Shown here: positions 9,374 through 18,463 of the stretch, piece by piece | How the letters are laid out: the number at the start of each line of letters is the position of its first letter | How positions within the stretch are numbered: the first letter of the stretch is position 1 | Virus record (IMG/VR): IMGVR_UViG_3300033066_000811 | Span: 2,705-66,704 of that record | DNA length: 64,000 nt | From: a virus | Lineage: Duplodnaviria > Caudoviricetes | Direction: 5' to 3' (one strand) | Position numbers and translations under genes: made by a program | Notes under the pieces: model-generated | Database searches by the model: none | Seen by the model: the letters and a program-made list of their open reading frames with translations, nothing else | Told to the model about the DNA's origin: nothing

Positions 9374-11054
9374 GAGAAAAAAGGGTCATTTTTTCGTTTG
9401 GGCGCATTTTCTCACTAGGTTCAATTCTACTGAATGTTTGTTCATTAGCTGGCTTTTATGGAAAGCTAAACAAATGAACACATACCTAGAAAACAAGATG
9501 GAAGGTTGTCTTGACAAAAACAAGATGGAATGGACTGAAGCTGACAATGGTTGGGTGCGATGGAACACAAATTGTGTCTTAAATGATTTGACATTCTTAA
9601 ATGAAAAGAATTTGTCAAAAATAGTTCAGAAGTTTAACAAACTCAACATTTTGTCTTGGCAAACATTTGTAATTGAAAACAAAACTTTGAGAAAGATACG
9701 TCAAAAACATGTCAGAATAAATTTATCAGAATTACATAAGTACCTGACAGACAAGACGCTGAGTAAGATAAAAGAGTTTGAACAAGACAAACATACCAGA
9801 ATCAGATACACTCTTTATATCAATGATGTCATATTGGAAGACTACACATACTTCCCTGTTGACTATAGCATCATAGATGCTTTGAAGAACTCAAAAGAAA
9901 TTCTTTTGTATCACTGGATTAAAAATGAACTAAAAGTCAAAAAGATTCACAAATTTGATAAAATGTTTCCTGTCAAATACATTAAGAATGCTTTGGGGTT
10001 CAAAGTCACTACTCAAAGGAAATTATTGAAGAGTATAAGAGAAAAAGGACTTCTCAATTACAATGTTAATAAAAAACCAACTGTGACCAGTGATGGAATT
10101 AAGTTTCAAAGTAAGAGGATTATTGAATTAAAAACAAAAAATTCGCCAAAAGGGTCTCCATACAATTCGCCAAAAGGGTCTCCATACAATTCGCCAAAAG
10201 GGTCTCCATACAAACTATTACAAACTAATAATAAAAACTCTCCGGTTTCCTGCGGAAACACGGAGGGAGGTCAATCTTGGATTATTTATGTTAAGAAAAA
10301 GAAAACAGGAATAACTCCACCTGTGACTTTCTTTACTCCCCCTGCGAAGCAGATTGAGGATGATTACCACAGACTTGCAATTAAATTAAAAGATATTGTC
10401 AAAAAGAATAAAGCAAGGTACAAACAAATTTCCACCAAAAAATGGGCTAAGGAATTACGGTTATTGGGTAAGTCCCTTCGGGACGAAACCCCTGAACCGA
10501 TTTCCCACATAGAAAAAACAATTGACTGGTATGAAAAGAATTACCAGAAACAATTTACTCCGAAAGCGGACAGTGCTTCCGCGTTCCGCGAGAAGTACGG
10601 TCGTATTCGGAGACAAATGGAAAAGACCGTACATGATGACATTAAAATAACTCCACAGGCATTGTCATATACTGACCAGTTACTTCGCTATCAATGGCCG
10701 GAATTGGCCAAAGGCCAGTTGCCGAAAATTGTTCAGCAAGGTATAAATGTCGTAAATACTTTCCGAAAACTTGTATATGACTTTGTTAGAGAAGCAACAC
10801 AAGTTGACAAGTTTGGCTGGCCTGATGCTAAAGACAAACTGAGATTCTTCGCCAAGGATAAAATTCTCACTCATGTTAATATCGAAAATGTTGTCATAGA
10901 AAAACTGAAAAGAGTTTGGGAAAGGAATATCAATAACCCAAACTGGGATGGAGATTTGACATGGAATGCGATAACTAAAAATGACATTCTGGAATGTCCA
11001 TTGCAATACCAACCTCTCTGGAAAGATGTCCTTTCCAGAATCAACTACCTCTAA
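9345..11054 (+). CDS. replication initiator, lambda O-like
   Basis: N-terminal wHTH-like segments, central tandem repeat, C-terminal KWAKELRLL...IDWY...SASAFREKYGRI resembling the O-protein C-domain; upstream of the DnaB-like helicase. Confidence 0.65.
   Translation: MVMKGKKVVKRKKGHFFVWAHFLTRFNSTECLFISWLLWKAKQMNTYLENKMEGCLDKNKMEWTEADNGWVRWNTNCVLNDLTFLNEKNLSKIVQKFNKLNILSWQTFVIENKTLRKIRQKHVRINLSELHKYLTDKTLSKIKEFEQDKHTRIRYTLYINDVILEDYTYFPVDYSIIDALKNSKEILLYHWIKNELKVKKIHKFDKMFPVKYIKNALGFKVTTQRKLLKSIREKGLLNYNVNKKPTVTSDGIKFQSKRIIELKTKNSPKGSPYNSPKGSPYNSPKGSPYKLLQTNNKNSPVSCGNTEGGQSWIIYVKKKKTGITPPVTFFTPPAKQIEDDYHRLAIKLKDIVKKNKARYKQISTKKWAKELRLLGKSLRDETPEPISHIEKTIDWYEKNYQKQFTPKADSASAFREKYGRIRRQMEKTVHDDIKITPQALSYTDQLLRYQWPELAKGQLPKIVQQGINVVNTFRKLVYDFVREATQVDKFGWPDAKDKLRFFAKDKILTHVNIENVVIEKLKRVWERNINNPNWDGDLTWNAITKNDILECPLQYQPLWKDVLSRINYL
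10140..10211 (+). repeat. three exact tandem 24-bp repeats (candidate iterons)
   Basis: AATTCGCCAAAAGGGTCTCCATAC at 10140, 10164 and 10188, followed by an A-rich stretch; encodes (NSPKGSPY)x3. Confidence 0.95.
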
Positions 11055-11074
11055 AGAAAGGTCAGGGATGATGA

Positions 11075-11689
11075 ATGGAACCTTATCAGCAAAAAGCATG
11101 GGACTACTTCTATGAAAGAAGACATTTATGGATATCCAAATATAAAAAGACATTAAAACGTCTGGAGGAAAACAAGAAACTGGAATACGATGACATTGTG
11201 CAGGAAGTCTGTTATTTTGTGTACAGTTGCATAATCCATAAATATAGTCATGAAAAGGCAACTGAGTCAAACAAAAACTTGGAATGCAATCCGGTGTATC
11301 TGTTCAAGTGTGTCGGTTCCGCTTTAATGAGAATCAGACCTTTCAAGCATACGATCAGGGAATGTAAATACAAAAGTATCAATGAAAAGGTCTATGAGAA
11401 CAGAAGAGAAAGGAAGCATAGACATATTGAAGCAGAGAATGCAGAACAATTGTCTAACATCATTAAAGATATTCTGAACAAATACTGGAGAAGTTCTTCA
11501 ATGAAAAAGACAATAAAGATGTATTATCTATCTGATTTAGATATGACAATGCAGGATGTAGCAGACATCAAAGGTTGCAGGAAACAGTATGTCTGTATAA
11601 GTGTAATGCACTTTAAGAATTACCTTTTCAAACTTTACCTGACTTACAATCATCTTTACGAAAGGCATGTGATTTATGGAACTGTATGA
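11075..11689 (+). CDS. sigma-factor-like protein (ECF-like, regions 2 and 4)
   Basis: LEYDDIVQEV (region 2) and MTMQDVADIKGCRKQYV (region 4 HTH). Confidence 0.55.
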   Translation: MEPYQQKAWDYFYERRHLWISKYKKTLKRLEENKKLEYDDIVQEVCYFVYSCIIHKYSHEKATESNKNLECNPVYLFKCVGSALMRIRPFKHTIRECKYKSINEKVYENRRERKHRHIEAENAEQLSNIIKDILNKYWRSSSMKKTIKMYYLSDLDMTMQDVADIKGCRKQYVCISVMHFKNYLFKLYLTYNHLYERHVIYGTV

Positions 11690-11762
11690 AATAATACAGT
11701 CCTTTCAATTCATCCCCACTGCCTTTTCCACCGCCATTACCTTTCGACCCAAAGGACACTAA

Positions 11763-13142
11763 ATGAAAATCATCACAGGAAAAGACAACAATCATTCTCT
11801 GAAACTTGTACTGACAGGAATGATAACCAATTCTACTGTTCTCAGTCATATTGCTGAGAAGTGGGATAAAGGTCTGTTTACAGATAAGTGGTCAAACCTG
11901 ATCGGACAATGGTGTGTTGACTATTATACAAAATATGGAAAACCACCAAAGCAGCATATTGAACAGATTTATTCCAAGTGGGCAGCAAAGACCAAAGAAG
12001 ATTATGCTGAAGTGATCGGTTCGTTTCTTGGAAGAATGTCCAATGAATACGAACGATCCAAAAAGATGAACACTCAGTTTGTCTTAGATGAAGCAAGGTC
12101 TTTGTTCTCAATCGCTAATCTGAAAGACCTGAAAGATGATCTTGATGACCTGATCGAAGAGGGTAATTACAAGAAAGCCTATGAAGTTCTCCATAAACAT
12201 GACCAGATTGAATTGGGTACTGGAAGTGTTATCAATGTCCTTACTGATGATGCTTCCTTATCTTCTGCTTTGGACAATCCTAAAGACGATATTCTGTTCG
12301 AGTATGATGGAGCAGCAGGGACTTTCTTTGGTGACATATTTTCCAGAGGAAACTTTGTTGCTGTGGAAGCACCAGAAAAGACTGGAAAATCATGGTTACT
12401 TATGGACTTTGTGTTCCGTGCTGCGGAACAGGGATGTCGTGTAGCTTACTTTCAGACAGGTGATATGACGGAAAAGCAGGTAATGAGAAGAATGTCTTCA
12501 AGATTCTCAAAGAGACCTTTCAAACCTGCAATCATAAAGATTCCTACTAATATCACAATGTCTGATAAGACACCTGAGATTGATTACATTGAAAAGGAAT
12601 ATCCTACTTATCTGTCAAAAAAGAAAGCACAGAAGTATCGAGACAGAATGGTAAAGAAAGGGATGCTTGAGGATGCAATCAAACTCATGGTCTATCCTTC
12701 TACGACAATAAGTGCTGTAGGAATTGATGCTCAATTAAAGACTCTGAAAAGACAGGGATGGGTAGCTGATGTGGTTGTTGTTGACTATGCTGATATCCTT
12801 GCCCCTGTGACTGGAACAGGGGATGATCGAAGTAAAATCAATGAAACTTGGAGTCGATTAAGAACAATATCACATGACACTCTTTTGATTACAGCTACCC
12901 AGGTCAATCGTGGAGCATACAAGGCCGATGTATTGACTAAGGATCATACGGCAGACGATAAAAGAAAGATGGCTCACGTGACATGTATGATCGGTATTAA
13001 CCAGAAAGAAGAAGAAAAGAAACAGGGAGTTATGAGACTTAATTATGTAGCTCTCCGCGAAGGTGAGTTTCTGGAAACACAATGTGTCTATGTAGCTGGC
13101 TGTTTGGGTATTGCAAATCCTATCATGCTTTCCTCTTTTTAA
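11763..13142 (+). CDS. DnaB-like replicative helicase
   Basis: APEKTGKS Walker A, VVVVDYADIL, TATQVNR, LNYVALREG. Confidence 0.85.
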   Translation: MKIITGKDNNHSLKLVLTGMITNSTVLSHIAEKWDKGLFTDKWSNLIGQWCVDYYTKYGKPPKQHIEQIYSKWAAKTKEDYAEVIGSFLGRMSNEYERSKKMNTQFVLDEARSLFSIANLKDLKDDLDDLIEEGNYKKAYEVLHKHDQIELGTGSVINVLTDDASLSSALDNPKDDILFEYDGAAGTFFGDIFSRGNFVAVEAPEKTGKSWLLMDFVFRAAEQGCRVAYFQTGDMTEKQVMRRMSSRFSKRPFKPAIIKIPTNITMSDKTPEIDYIEKEYPTYLSKKKAQKYRDRMVKKGMLEDAIKLMVYPSTTISAVGIDAQLKTLKRQGWVADVVVVDYADILAPVTGTGDDRSKINETWSRLRTISHDTLLITATQVNRGAYKADVLTKDHTADDKRKMAHVTCMIGINQKEEEKKQGVMRLNYVALREGEFLETQCVYVAGCLGIANPIMLSSF

Positions 13143-13151
13143 GGACATATA

Positions 13152-13505
13152 ATGACGGTTGAAGTCAATATACTCGATGTAATCAGAACCAAACGGAAGG
13201 AACTTAACTTGAGTCTTTCCAAGCTGGCAAAAAAAGTAGGTTGTTCTACGACCTATGTTTCCGCAGTGATGAAGAAACAAAAGACTGCTTCTGACGACTT
13301 TCTTATTAGGACTCTCTATGCTCTCGGATACGGTCCTTCTGATATTTTTTTATGGTACAGGGACTACTTCTGGAAAAAATCTTCGAAAAAAATCACGATA
13401 GATGTTTCCTGTGTTCCAGACGTAAACAAGCAGAATGTCCTGTATTCTCTAGTGGAAAGTGTGATAGAGAAAGAGAAGACCAAGTCCCTCCTGAAAAAAT
13501 CTTGA
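13152..13505 (+). CDS. XRE-family HTH regulator
   Basis: IRTKRKELNLSLSKLAKKVGCSTTYVSAV. Confidence 0.75.
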   Translation: MTVEVNILDVIRTKRKELNLSLSKLAKKVGCSTTYVSAVMKKQKTASDDFLIRTLYALGYGPSDIFLWYRDYFWKKSSKKITIDVSCVPDVNKQNVLYSLVESVIEKEKTKSLLKKS

Positions 13506-13537
13506 TAAATTTTCAGAATTCTGGATTGAAAACTTAG

Positions 13538-13553
13538 GTCAGATGATATTATA
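13538..13553 (+). promoter_or_regulatory. variant of phage motif GTCAA(G/A)GAACATTATA
   Basis: GTCAGATGATATTATA preceded by AAAACTT, in an intergenic gap. Confidence 0.4.
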
Positions 13554-13639
13554 GATTAGAGACACCCATCCCACCGGGTTTCATCAGATACAGTGATATC
13601 TGACCCGTTTACAGGGTTGTCTGATTTTGGAGAAATATC

Positions 13640-14272
13640 ATGTTGAAGGTCAAAAAGGTTCGTCTGGTGAAGTTGCTGAAGGCTGCCGGAGTCAAAGGCG
13701 TTGATGACATGAACGAAAAGAAACTGGCAAAGGCAATCAACGCTCTCCCGAAAGTCATTGCTGACGAAGACAATGAACTGAATGAGAAGCAACTTGAACT
13801 TGCCAAGGCAATCATGAAAGCCGACAAAAAAGGCAAGTGGACAATTGTGGATGAAGAAGCAGAAGCAGAAGAAAAGGTCAAGGCAAAAAGCAAGAGCAAA
13901 CATACCGCTCCTGACATTGGTTCCCCCCGTGGCAAGTTCGGGATCATTGATTATGTCAAAGAAATGCTCCAGAACGCCAGCAAGAAAAAGCCTCTTCTGT
14001 TCACGGACGCATTAAAAGCAGTAGTCAAGAAGTTTGGTCCAAAGACGGAAGCTGATCGCCCTCTTCCGGGTCTGAAGACGACTGTTTACTCTCAATTGAT
14101 GGTCCAACTGAAACAAAAAGGTTGGGATGTTCAACGTGTGACAGACGAAGAACTTGGAAACGCTTTCTACATCGGCAAGGGCGGAGTTCCTTCCGAGTCA
14201 AAGGAAAAGACCAAAACAAAAGGAAAGAGCAAGGAAAAAGAAGTCGTAAAGAAAAAGAAGAAAGCCGCGTAA
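13640..14272 (+). CDS. Lys-rich hypothetical protein with a possible winged-helix domain
   Basis: GIIDYVKEMLQNASKKKPL...KTTVYSQL; basic tail; GGAG RBS. Confidence 0.6.
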   Translation: MLKVKKVRLVKLLKAAGVKGVDDMNEKKLAKAINALPKVIADEDNELNEKQLELAKAIMKADKKGKWTIVDEEAEAEEKVKAKSKSKHTAPDIGSPRGKFGIIDYVKEMLQNASKKKPLLFTDALKAVVKKFGPKTEADRPLPGLKTTVYSQLMVQLKQKGWDVQRVTDEELGNAFYIGKGGVPSESKEKTKTKGKSKEKEVVKKKKKAA

Positions 14273-14295
14273 GTTCTGATTTACTGACAAACTAC

Positions 14296-14326
14296 AAAAC
14301 CCTCTGAATTGTTCAGAGGGTTTTTT
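14296..14326 (+). terminator. intrinsic (likely bidirectional) terminator
   Basis: AAAACCCTCTGAA-TTG-TTCAGAGGGTTTT plus TT. Confidence 0.85.
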
Positions 14327-14352
14327 AACGTACATACACAAGGAAACAAAAC

Positions 14353-14751
14353 ATGATTGAATATATCACTCCTGCAAAAAAGATTGAAGTCATTAGTGAA
14401 GACCATGATACGCAACGAATCGAACTGAAACTTAAAAAAGGGAAGCTGTTTGTCTCAGTCAGTGAAAATAGTGATGAGGATATTTGTTTGTTGTCTCTTA
14501 ATCCTGAAGGATTCATTCAACTGCACAATGTCAATATAAATGAAAGTGGACAAAACGCAGAATATCTTCACGGAAAACTTTGTCTCCAAAGTACGGACAG
14601 TGAAGAAGAAGCAGACGATGGTACAGTTGATGTCGCTCACGTTGTTGTCAAAATGTATATTGAAGGAAAGATGATTTCTTTTATTCCAGAATCCCTGATG
14701 CCTGAAAAGTCAAACCCTCTTTTCCCTGCTTCTATTTCAAAAAGGAAATAA
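14353..14751 (+). CDS. hypothetical protein
   Basis: 132-aa ORF with AGGA RBS. Confidence 0.6.
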   Translation: MIEYITPAKKIEVISEDHDTQRIELKLKKGKLFVSVSENSDEDICLLSLNPEGFIQLHNVNINESGQNAEYLHGKLCLQSTDSEEEADDGTVDVAHVVVKMYIEGKMISFIPESLMPEKSNPLFPASISKRK

Positions 14752-14757
14752 TCAGTC

Positions 14758-15519
14758 ATGAAGAAAAATGAACAGTCACTTCCTCAGTTTCCTAAAACCA
14801 AAATCGAACAGATGTTTTCAAACATTGAGGGAAGAAAGGTCACTATCCCTGAAAATGTCTATCAGGAGTTTCCTGCATTCATTGTAGTATCTAGTGCAAG
14901 AATGTTTTACTCTCCGTTGACTTCAAGTGAAGTGAGTTTTCGTTTGGGTGCCCAGACAGTTTTCTTTGATTTTTACAAAGAACTTGCAGAGTGGTCTTCA
15001 AATACATTTGGACCTCCTGAACATCGAGGACCACTTGGTCCGATGGAACATTTCATGAAGGAAGTGAAAGAAGTCAAATCTGAGATTGATCCAGACAAGC
15101 AAAAAGAAGAAATTATTGACATGCTTTTCCTTGCTCTGGACGCTTCCCAACGAAGTGGTATGTCTTTTCCAGAAATGTGTTATCGTGCTTTTGAAAAACT
15201 GGAAAAGAACAAAAAACGGACTTGGCCAGATTGGAAGAAAGCTGACCCGAACAAAGCTATTGAACATGTCCGAGAAGAGGAAGAGGAGGTTGTCGTAATC
15301 GCAGTAAAAGATGACATAACTCCTATCTCTCTCCGTGCTTTCATGAATCAGGCAAAAGACGAAGAAGACTGGAATAAGCGTGCTGACCATATTAAAAGAT
15401 TATGGGGAGGAGTGGACAATCCTCAGTTCCCTTCATTCTGGTTCCCTTCAATTGTCTCTTCTGGTCTGATGAACATAAAGATACGTCAGTGGTTAAAAGA
15501 AGGAAAGACAACTTACTAG
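14758..15519 (+). CDS. protein with DUF550-like dATP/dGTP pyrophosphohydrolase (MazG-fold) domain
   Basis: WSSNTFGP...GPLGPMEHFMKEVKE...EEIIDMLFLALDA...KLEKNKKRTWPDW...AIEHVR. Confidence 0.75.
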   Translation: MKKNEQSLPQFPKTKIEQMFSNIEGRKVTIPENVYQEFPAFIVVSSARMFYSPLTSSEVSFRLGAQTVFFDFYKELAEWSSNTFGPPEHRGPLGPMEHFMKEVKEVKSEIDPDKQKEEIIDMLFLALDASQRSGMSFPEMCYRAFEKLEKNKKRTWPDWKKADPNKAIEHVREEEEEVVVIAVKDDITPISLRAFMNQAKDEEDWNKRADHIKRLWGGVDNPQFPSFWFPSIVSSGLMNIKIRQWLKEGKTTY

Positions 15520-15584
15520 AAAGATTGATTCCCTTTGAAAACCAAGGAAGAAAAATTTTCAAAAAATCTTTCTGAAAAACTTGA

Positions 15585-15600
15585 GTCAAGGAACATTATA
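15585..15600 (+). promoter_or_regulatory. phage motif GTCAAGGAACATTATA
   Basis: Identical 16-mer at 22539; variants at 57271 and 13538. Confidence 0.65.
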
Positions 15601-15759
15601 TATTGTTCAGGTTTATGGTACTGTTTCCCCTTGCTATGAGAACAGCTAAAAAACAGTAAAACCTTTCTCCATATTTCACCAGTATCTATCATTAGGGAAA
15701 GGAAAGGTGTCCAATGTAAGACATATAACACGATCTTATCCAGTATCAGACTTTCAAAA

Positions 15760-15822
15760 GAAGAACATCAGACAGTTTTAACTATTCGCATGGTTAAAGG
15801 GAGAGGCTGTCTGATGTTCTTC
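15760..15822. other. long hairpin (16-bp perfect outer stem)
   Basis: GAAGAACATCAGACAG (15760-15775)/CTGTCTGATGTTCTTC (15807-15822) with inner TTTAAC/GTTAAA stem. Confidence 0.75.
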
Positions 15823-15844
15823 GTTTTACCCGAAAGGACTCAGC

Positions 15845-16081
15845 ATGAAGTTTACAAGGTTTTTGACTGCTGTTGTTTGTTTGTGCTTGTTCTCCGTCTT
15901 TGCGGAAGCTACACACCGCAGAGAAGTCCGACAGGAACGGAGAGAATTTCGACAAGTATCTAAACAACCTCAGTGTCAATCCACTGTGAAAGTGGAAACA
16001 TCGTTCAAGGAAAAGGCTAGAACCGTTGTGACAGCACCCCTTCATTTCATGCAAATGAAGACCTGCAACAACTGTAAGTAA
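15845..16081 (+). CDS. small secreted protein
   Basis: Signal-peptide-like MKFTRFLTAVVCLCLFSVFAEA; C-terminal CNNCK; AAGGA RBS. Confidence 0.65.
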   Translation: MKFTRFLTAVVCLCLFSVFAEATHRREVRQERREFRQVSKQPQCQSTVKVETSFKEKARTVVTAPLHFMQMKTCNNCK

Positions 16082-16093
16082 GTCTTTTCCTAT

Positions 16094-16131
16094 GAGTAGG
16101 TTGATATACTCGCTATATCAACCTACTCTTT
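16094..16131 (+). terminator. intrinsic terminator
   Basis: 15-bp stem GAGTAGGTTGATATA/TATATCAACCTACTC followed by TTTG. Confidence 0.7.
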
Positions 16132-16165
16132 GTCGTTTAATCCCCTAAAAATAGGACCAAACACA

Positions 16166-17209
16166 ATGTTTGTTCAGCGTGAAGAACTTATCAGTATGCT
16201 TGAAGTCCTGAAACCCGGAAGCACACCTAAAGACATTCAGGAACAGTCAAGCTGTGTTGTGTTTAAGGATGGATACGCATATACCTACAACGAAGACATT
16301 TTCTGCCGTACAAAGACAAAGTTCCCAAAAGAATGGGAAGCTGCCGTCCCTGTCACACCTTTACTTTCAATTCTCAATAAACGTAGGGAACCGGAACTTG
16401 AAGTCAAACTGGAAGATGGAAAATTCCATCTTATCAACAAGAACCGAAACTCGTATGTCCGATACGAAAATCAAATCTCACTGCAATATGACAAAGTCAC
16501 ATTACCTTCAAAAGAAGACTGGGAATCACTGAAACCTCATTTCTCCGATGCGGTCACTCTGGTTCAGGATTGTGCTGGAAAGAATTCAGACTTACTTGCT
16601 CTTACCTGCATTCACATTACCAAAGACTATATCGAAGCATCTGACTCCCAGCAGATTGCCCGATTCCATATCAAAACAAAAATAAAAGAGGACTTACTTC
16701 TCAAGAAATCTTCCATTGAACCTCTGTTGTTCTTGGAACCAACCAAGATTGCTGTGACAGATAACTGGTGTCACTTCAAGACGGCAAACGGTTCACTATA
16801 TTCAATTCACAAATATGTCGGTGATTTTGTTGATGTTGACAAATACCTGAAAGTGGAAGGAAAGAAAATTATTCTTCCAACAGGATTGGTCACAGCATCA
16901 GAAATTGCTGAAGTCTTTTCATCGGAAGATAAGGACAACAATAACGTCACTATCTCCCTGTCTTCCAAGAAAATCAAAATCCGCGGTGAAGGAGATTCCG
17001 GTGGTCACAGAGAAACCAAGAAAGTCAAATACTCTGGACCTGATATTTCTTTCATGATTAACCCTAAACTGCTAAGAGAGATTATTGACAGAAATAATGA
17101 ATGTTTCGTCACTCCCACCAAATTGACTGTTGATGGAAACAAATACATTTACACGACCGTTCTCTCTCAAGTGGAACAGAAAGAAGAAGAATCAAGTGAA
17201 GACAATTAA
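16166..17209 (+). CDS. DNA polymerase sliding clamp (beta/DnaN-like)
   Basis: About 350 aa; QREELISMLEVL..., LALTCIHI...EASDSQQIA, ISFMINPKLLREI match the three-domain beta-clamp pattern. Confidence 0.7.
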   Translation: MFVQREELISMLEVLKPGSTPKDIQEQSSCVVFKDGYAYTYNEDIFCRTKTKFPKEWEAAVPVTPLLSILNKRREPELEVKLEDGKFHLINKNRNSYVRYENQISLQYDKVTLPSKEDWESLKPHFSDAVTLVQDCAGKNSDLLALTCIHITKDYIEASDSQQIARFHIKTKIKEDLLLKKSSIEPLLFLEPTKIAVTDNWCHFKTANGSLYSIHKYVGDFVDVDKYLKVEGKKIILPTGLVTASEIAEVFSSEDKDNNNVTISLSSKKIKIRGEGDSGGHRETKKVKYSGPDISFMINPKLLREIIDRNNECFVTPTKLTVDGNKYIYTTVLSQVEQKEEESSEDN

Positions 17210-17210
17210 A

Positions 17211-17537
17211 ATGGTCTGCCTGCATGACTTTCAATTAGGAAACCCAGAACATGCTTATGTGTCAATAGAACTTCCAAGAGGTTCTACTGTCCTTGATGCA
17301 AAAGCAATGAGAGGGGCAATTGATCTTGTTGTCTTTGCAGACTTTGAGAACAAAAAAGAGCAAAGACGTTTTTATGTTTATCGCAATGAAATGACTTCTC
17401 TTGCTGAAAGAGATGTCAACTATAACATTGAAAAACAGATAATTCGTCTACGATATCTGAATACAGTCAATCATCTGTGGAAACATCCTTGGTATGAAAC
17501 CACTGTGACTTATCATGTATTTGAGGAAATAGCATGA
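17211..17537 (+). CDS. hypothetical phage protein
   Basis: SIELPRGSTVLDA...TYHVFEE resembles a common small phage family; start placed after the clamp stop. Confidence 0.55.
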   Translation: MVCLHDFQLGNPEHAYVSIELPRGSTVLDAKAMRGAIDLVVFADFENKKEQRRFYVYRNEMTSLAERDVNYNIEKQIIRLRYLNTVNHLWKHPWYETTVTYHVFEEIA

Positions 17538-17869
17538 AAGATGGACACCAAACTTCAGTAAGTTTTCAACCCGATTCTGTCAATAAAACAGTAGGAATAA
17601 TGTCATTAGATGTTTTCAATGAATTAGGAACGACTAGTCTGATACGTATTTTTGAAGGAATTAACCAAACAGTTTGGATGCCTTTTACATTGATGTCAGG
17701 AATTGGGATGCTAATGAAACAGGTAGACTATATTCCAGTTACATTTTCTTTTGTATGGAAAAAGGATTCAGACAATGTCAAACAAATGGATAACCAAGGT
17801 CAAGAAGAAAAAGGAACAGGATACAGTCCTTGCCTTCAAACTTCTTTTCGTGATAAGTGTTCGGGATGA
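17534..17869 (+). CDS. hypothetical protein
   Basis: GAGG RBS, ATGA overlap; 3' end overlaps the next ORF. Confidence 0.45.
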   Translation: MKDGHQTSVSFQPDSVNKTVGIMSLDVFNELGTTSLIRIFEGINQTVWMPFTLMSGIGMLMKQVDYIPVTFSFVWKKDSDNVKQMDNQGQEEKGTGYSPCLQTSFRDKCSG

Positions 17870-18215
17870 AGAGGATCAATACGGTCCTTTTCTGATTGCT
17901 GCTGTTGATTTTCACAGTGCGATACGAAAAGTATGTCAGCACTTAAAAGAAAAAATGCTGTTTAGAAGTCCTTCTTTAATCAGTTCTCACCGGATTGATA
18001 CAAAGGACATTGAACTTAATATACCAAAAACAATTTCAAGTCCACAGGAATCTAATCCGTGGAAGACAGAAGTGGTTTTCAACAAAACCACAAATACATT
18101 TGACATTGATGTGTATATGGGAGATTCCAAACGTGCTATGAAGGAAGCTCATGACAAAGCAAACAAATTCCGTTTTTCTGATTCTGGTAAGAAACGAAAC
18201 AGTCGGAAAACTTGA
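17775..18215 (+). CDS. hypothetical protein (paralog of next ORF)
   Basis: AAGGA RBS; LFVISVRDE...IAAVDFHSAIRKV. Confidence 0.55.
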   Translation: MSNKWITKVKKKKEQDTVLAFKLLFVISVRDEEDQYGPFLIAAVDFHSAIRKVCQHLKEKMLFRSPSLISSHRIDTKDIELNIPKTISSPQESNPWKTEVVFNKTTNTFDIDVYMGDSKRAMKEAHDKANKFRFSDSGKKRNSRKT

Positions 18216-18456
18216 CCCTGCTATTATTGTCGCTCCGAATAATCTTACAGCTATCAGAAAACTAGCTGATGGATTATTGATTGACCTTCAACTTGACTCA
18301 GATAATCTTTTTGAAGTCTTTGAGTTTCATAATCCCGGTAAATGTGACTTTGCTTTACCGTATCTGTTTTATCATGCTAACTCAGACAGTATGTACCATA
18401 AAGTCAAGTTCAAGGTTACTGTAAACAAGAAAGGTCATATCGACATAAAGATATGA
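18151..18456 (+). CDS. hypothetical protein (paralog of previous ORF)
   Basis: VFLILVRNE...IVAPNNLTAIRKL. Confidence 0.55.
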   Translation: MTKQTNSVFLILVRNETVGKLDPAIIVAPNNLTAIRKLADGLLIDLQLDSDNLFEVFEFHNPGKCDFALPYLFYHANSDSMYHKVKFKVTVNKKGHIDIKI

Positions 18457-18463
18457 GGACACA

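Noticed and set aside
10140-10211. CRISPR array
   Set aside because: The repeats are directly adjacent with no spacers, lie in frame inside a CDS, and no cas genes are present.
14758-15519. 2-aminoadenine (Z) genome pathway
   Set aside because: No PurZ or HD-domain DatZ in the window; a DUF550/MazG-fold protein alone is insufficient.
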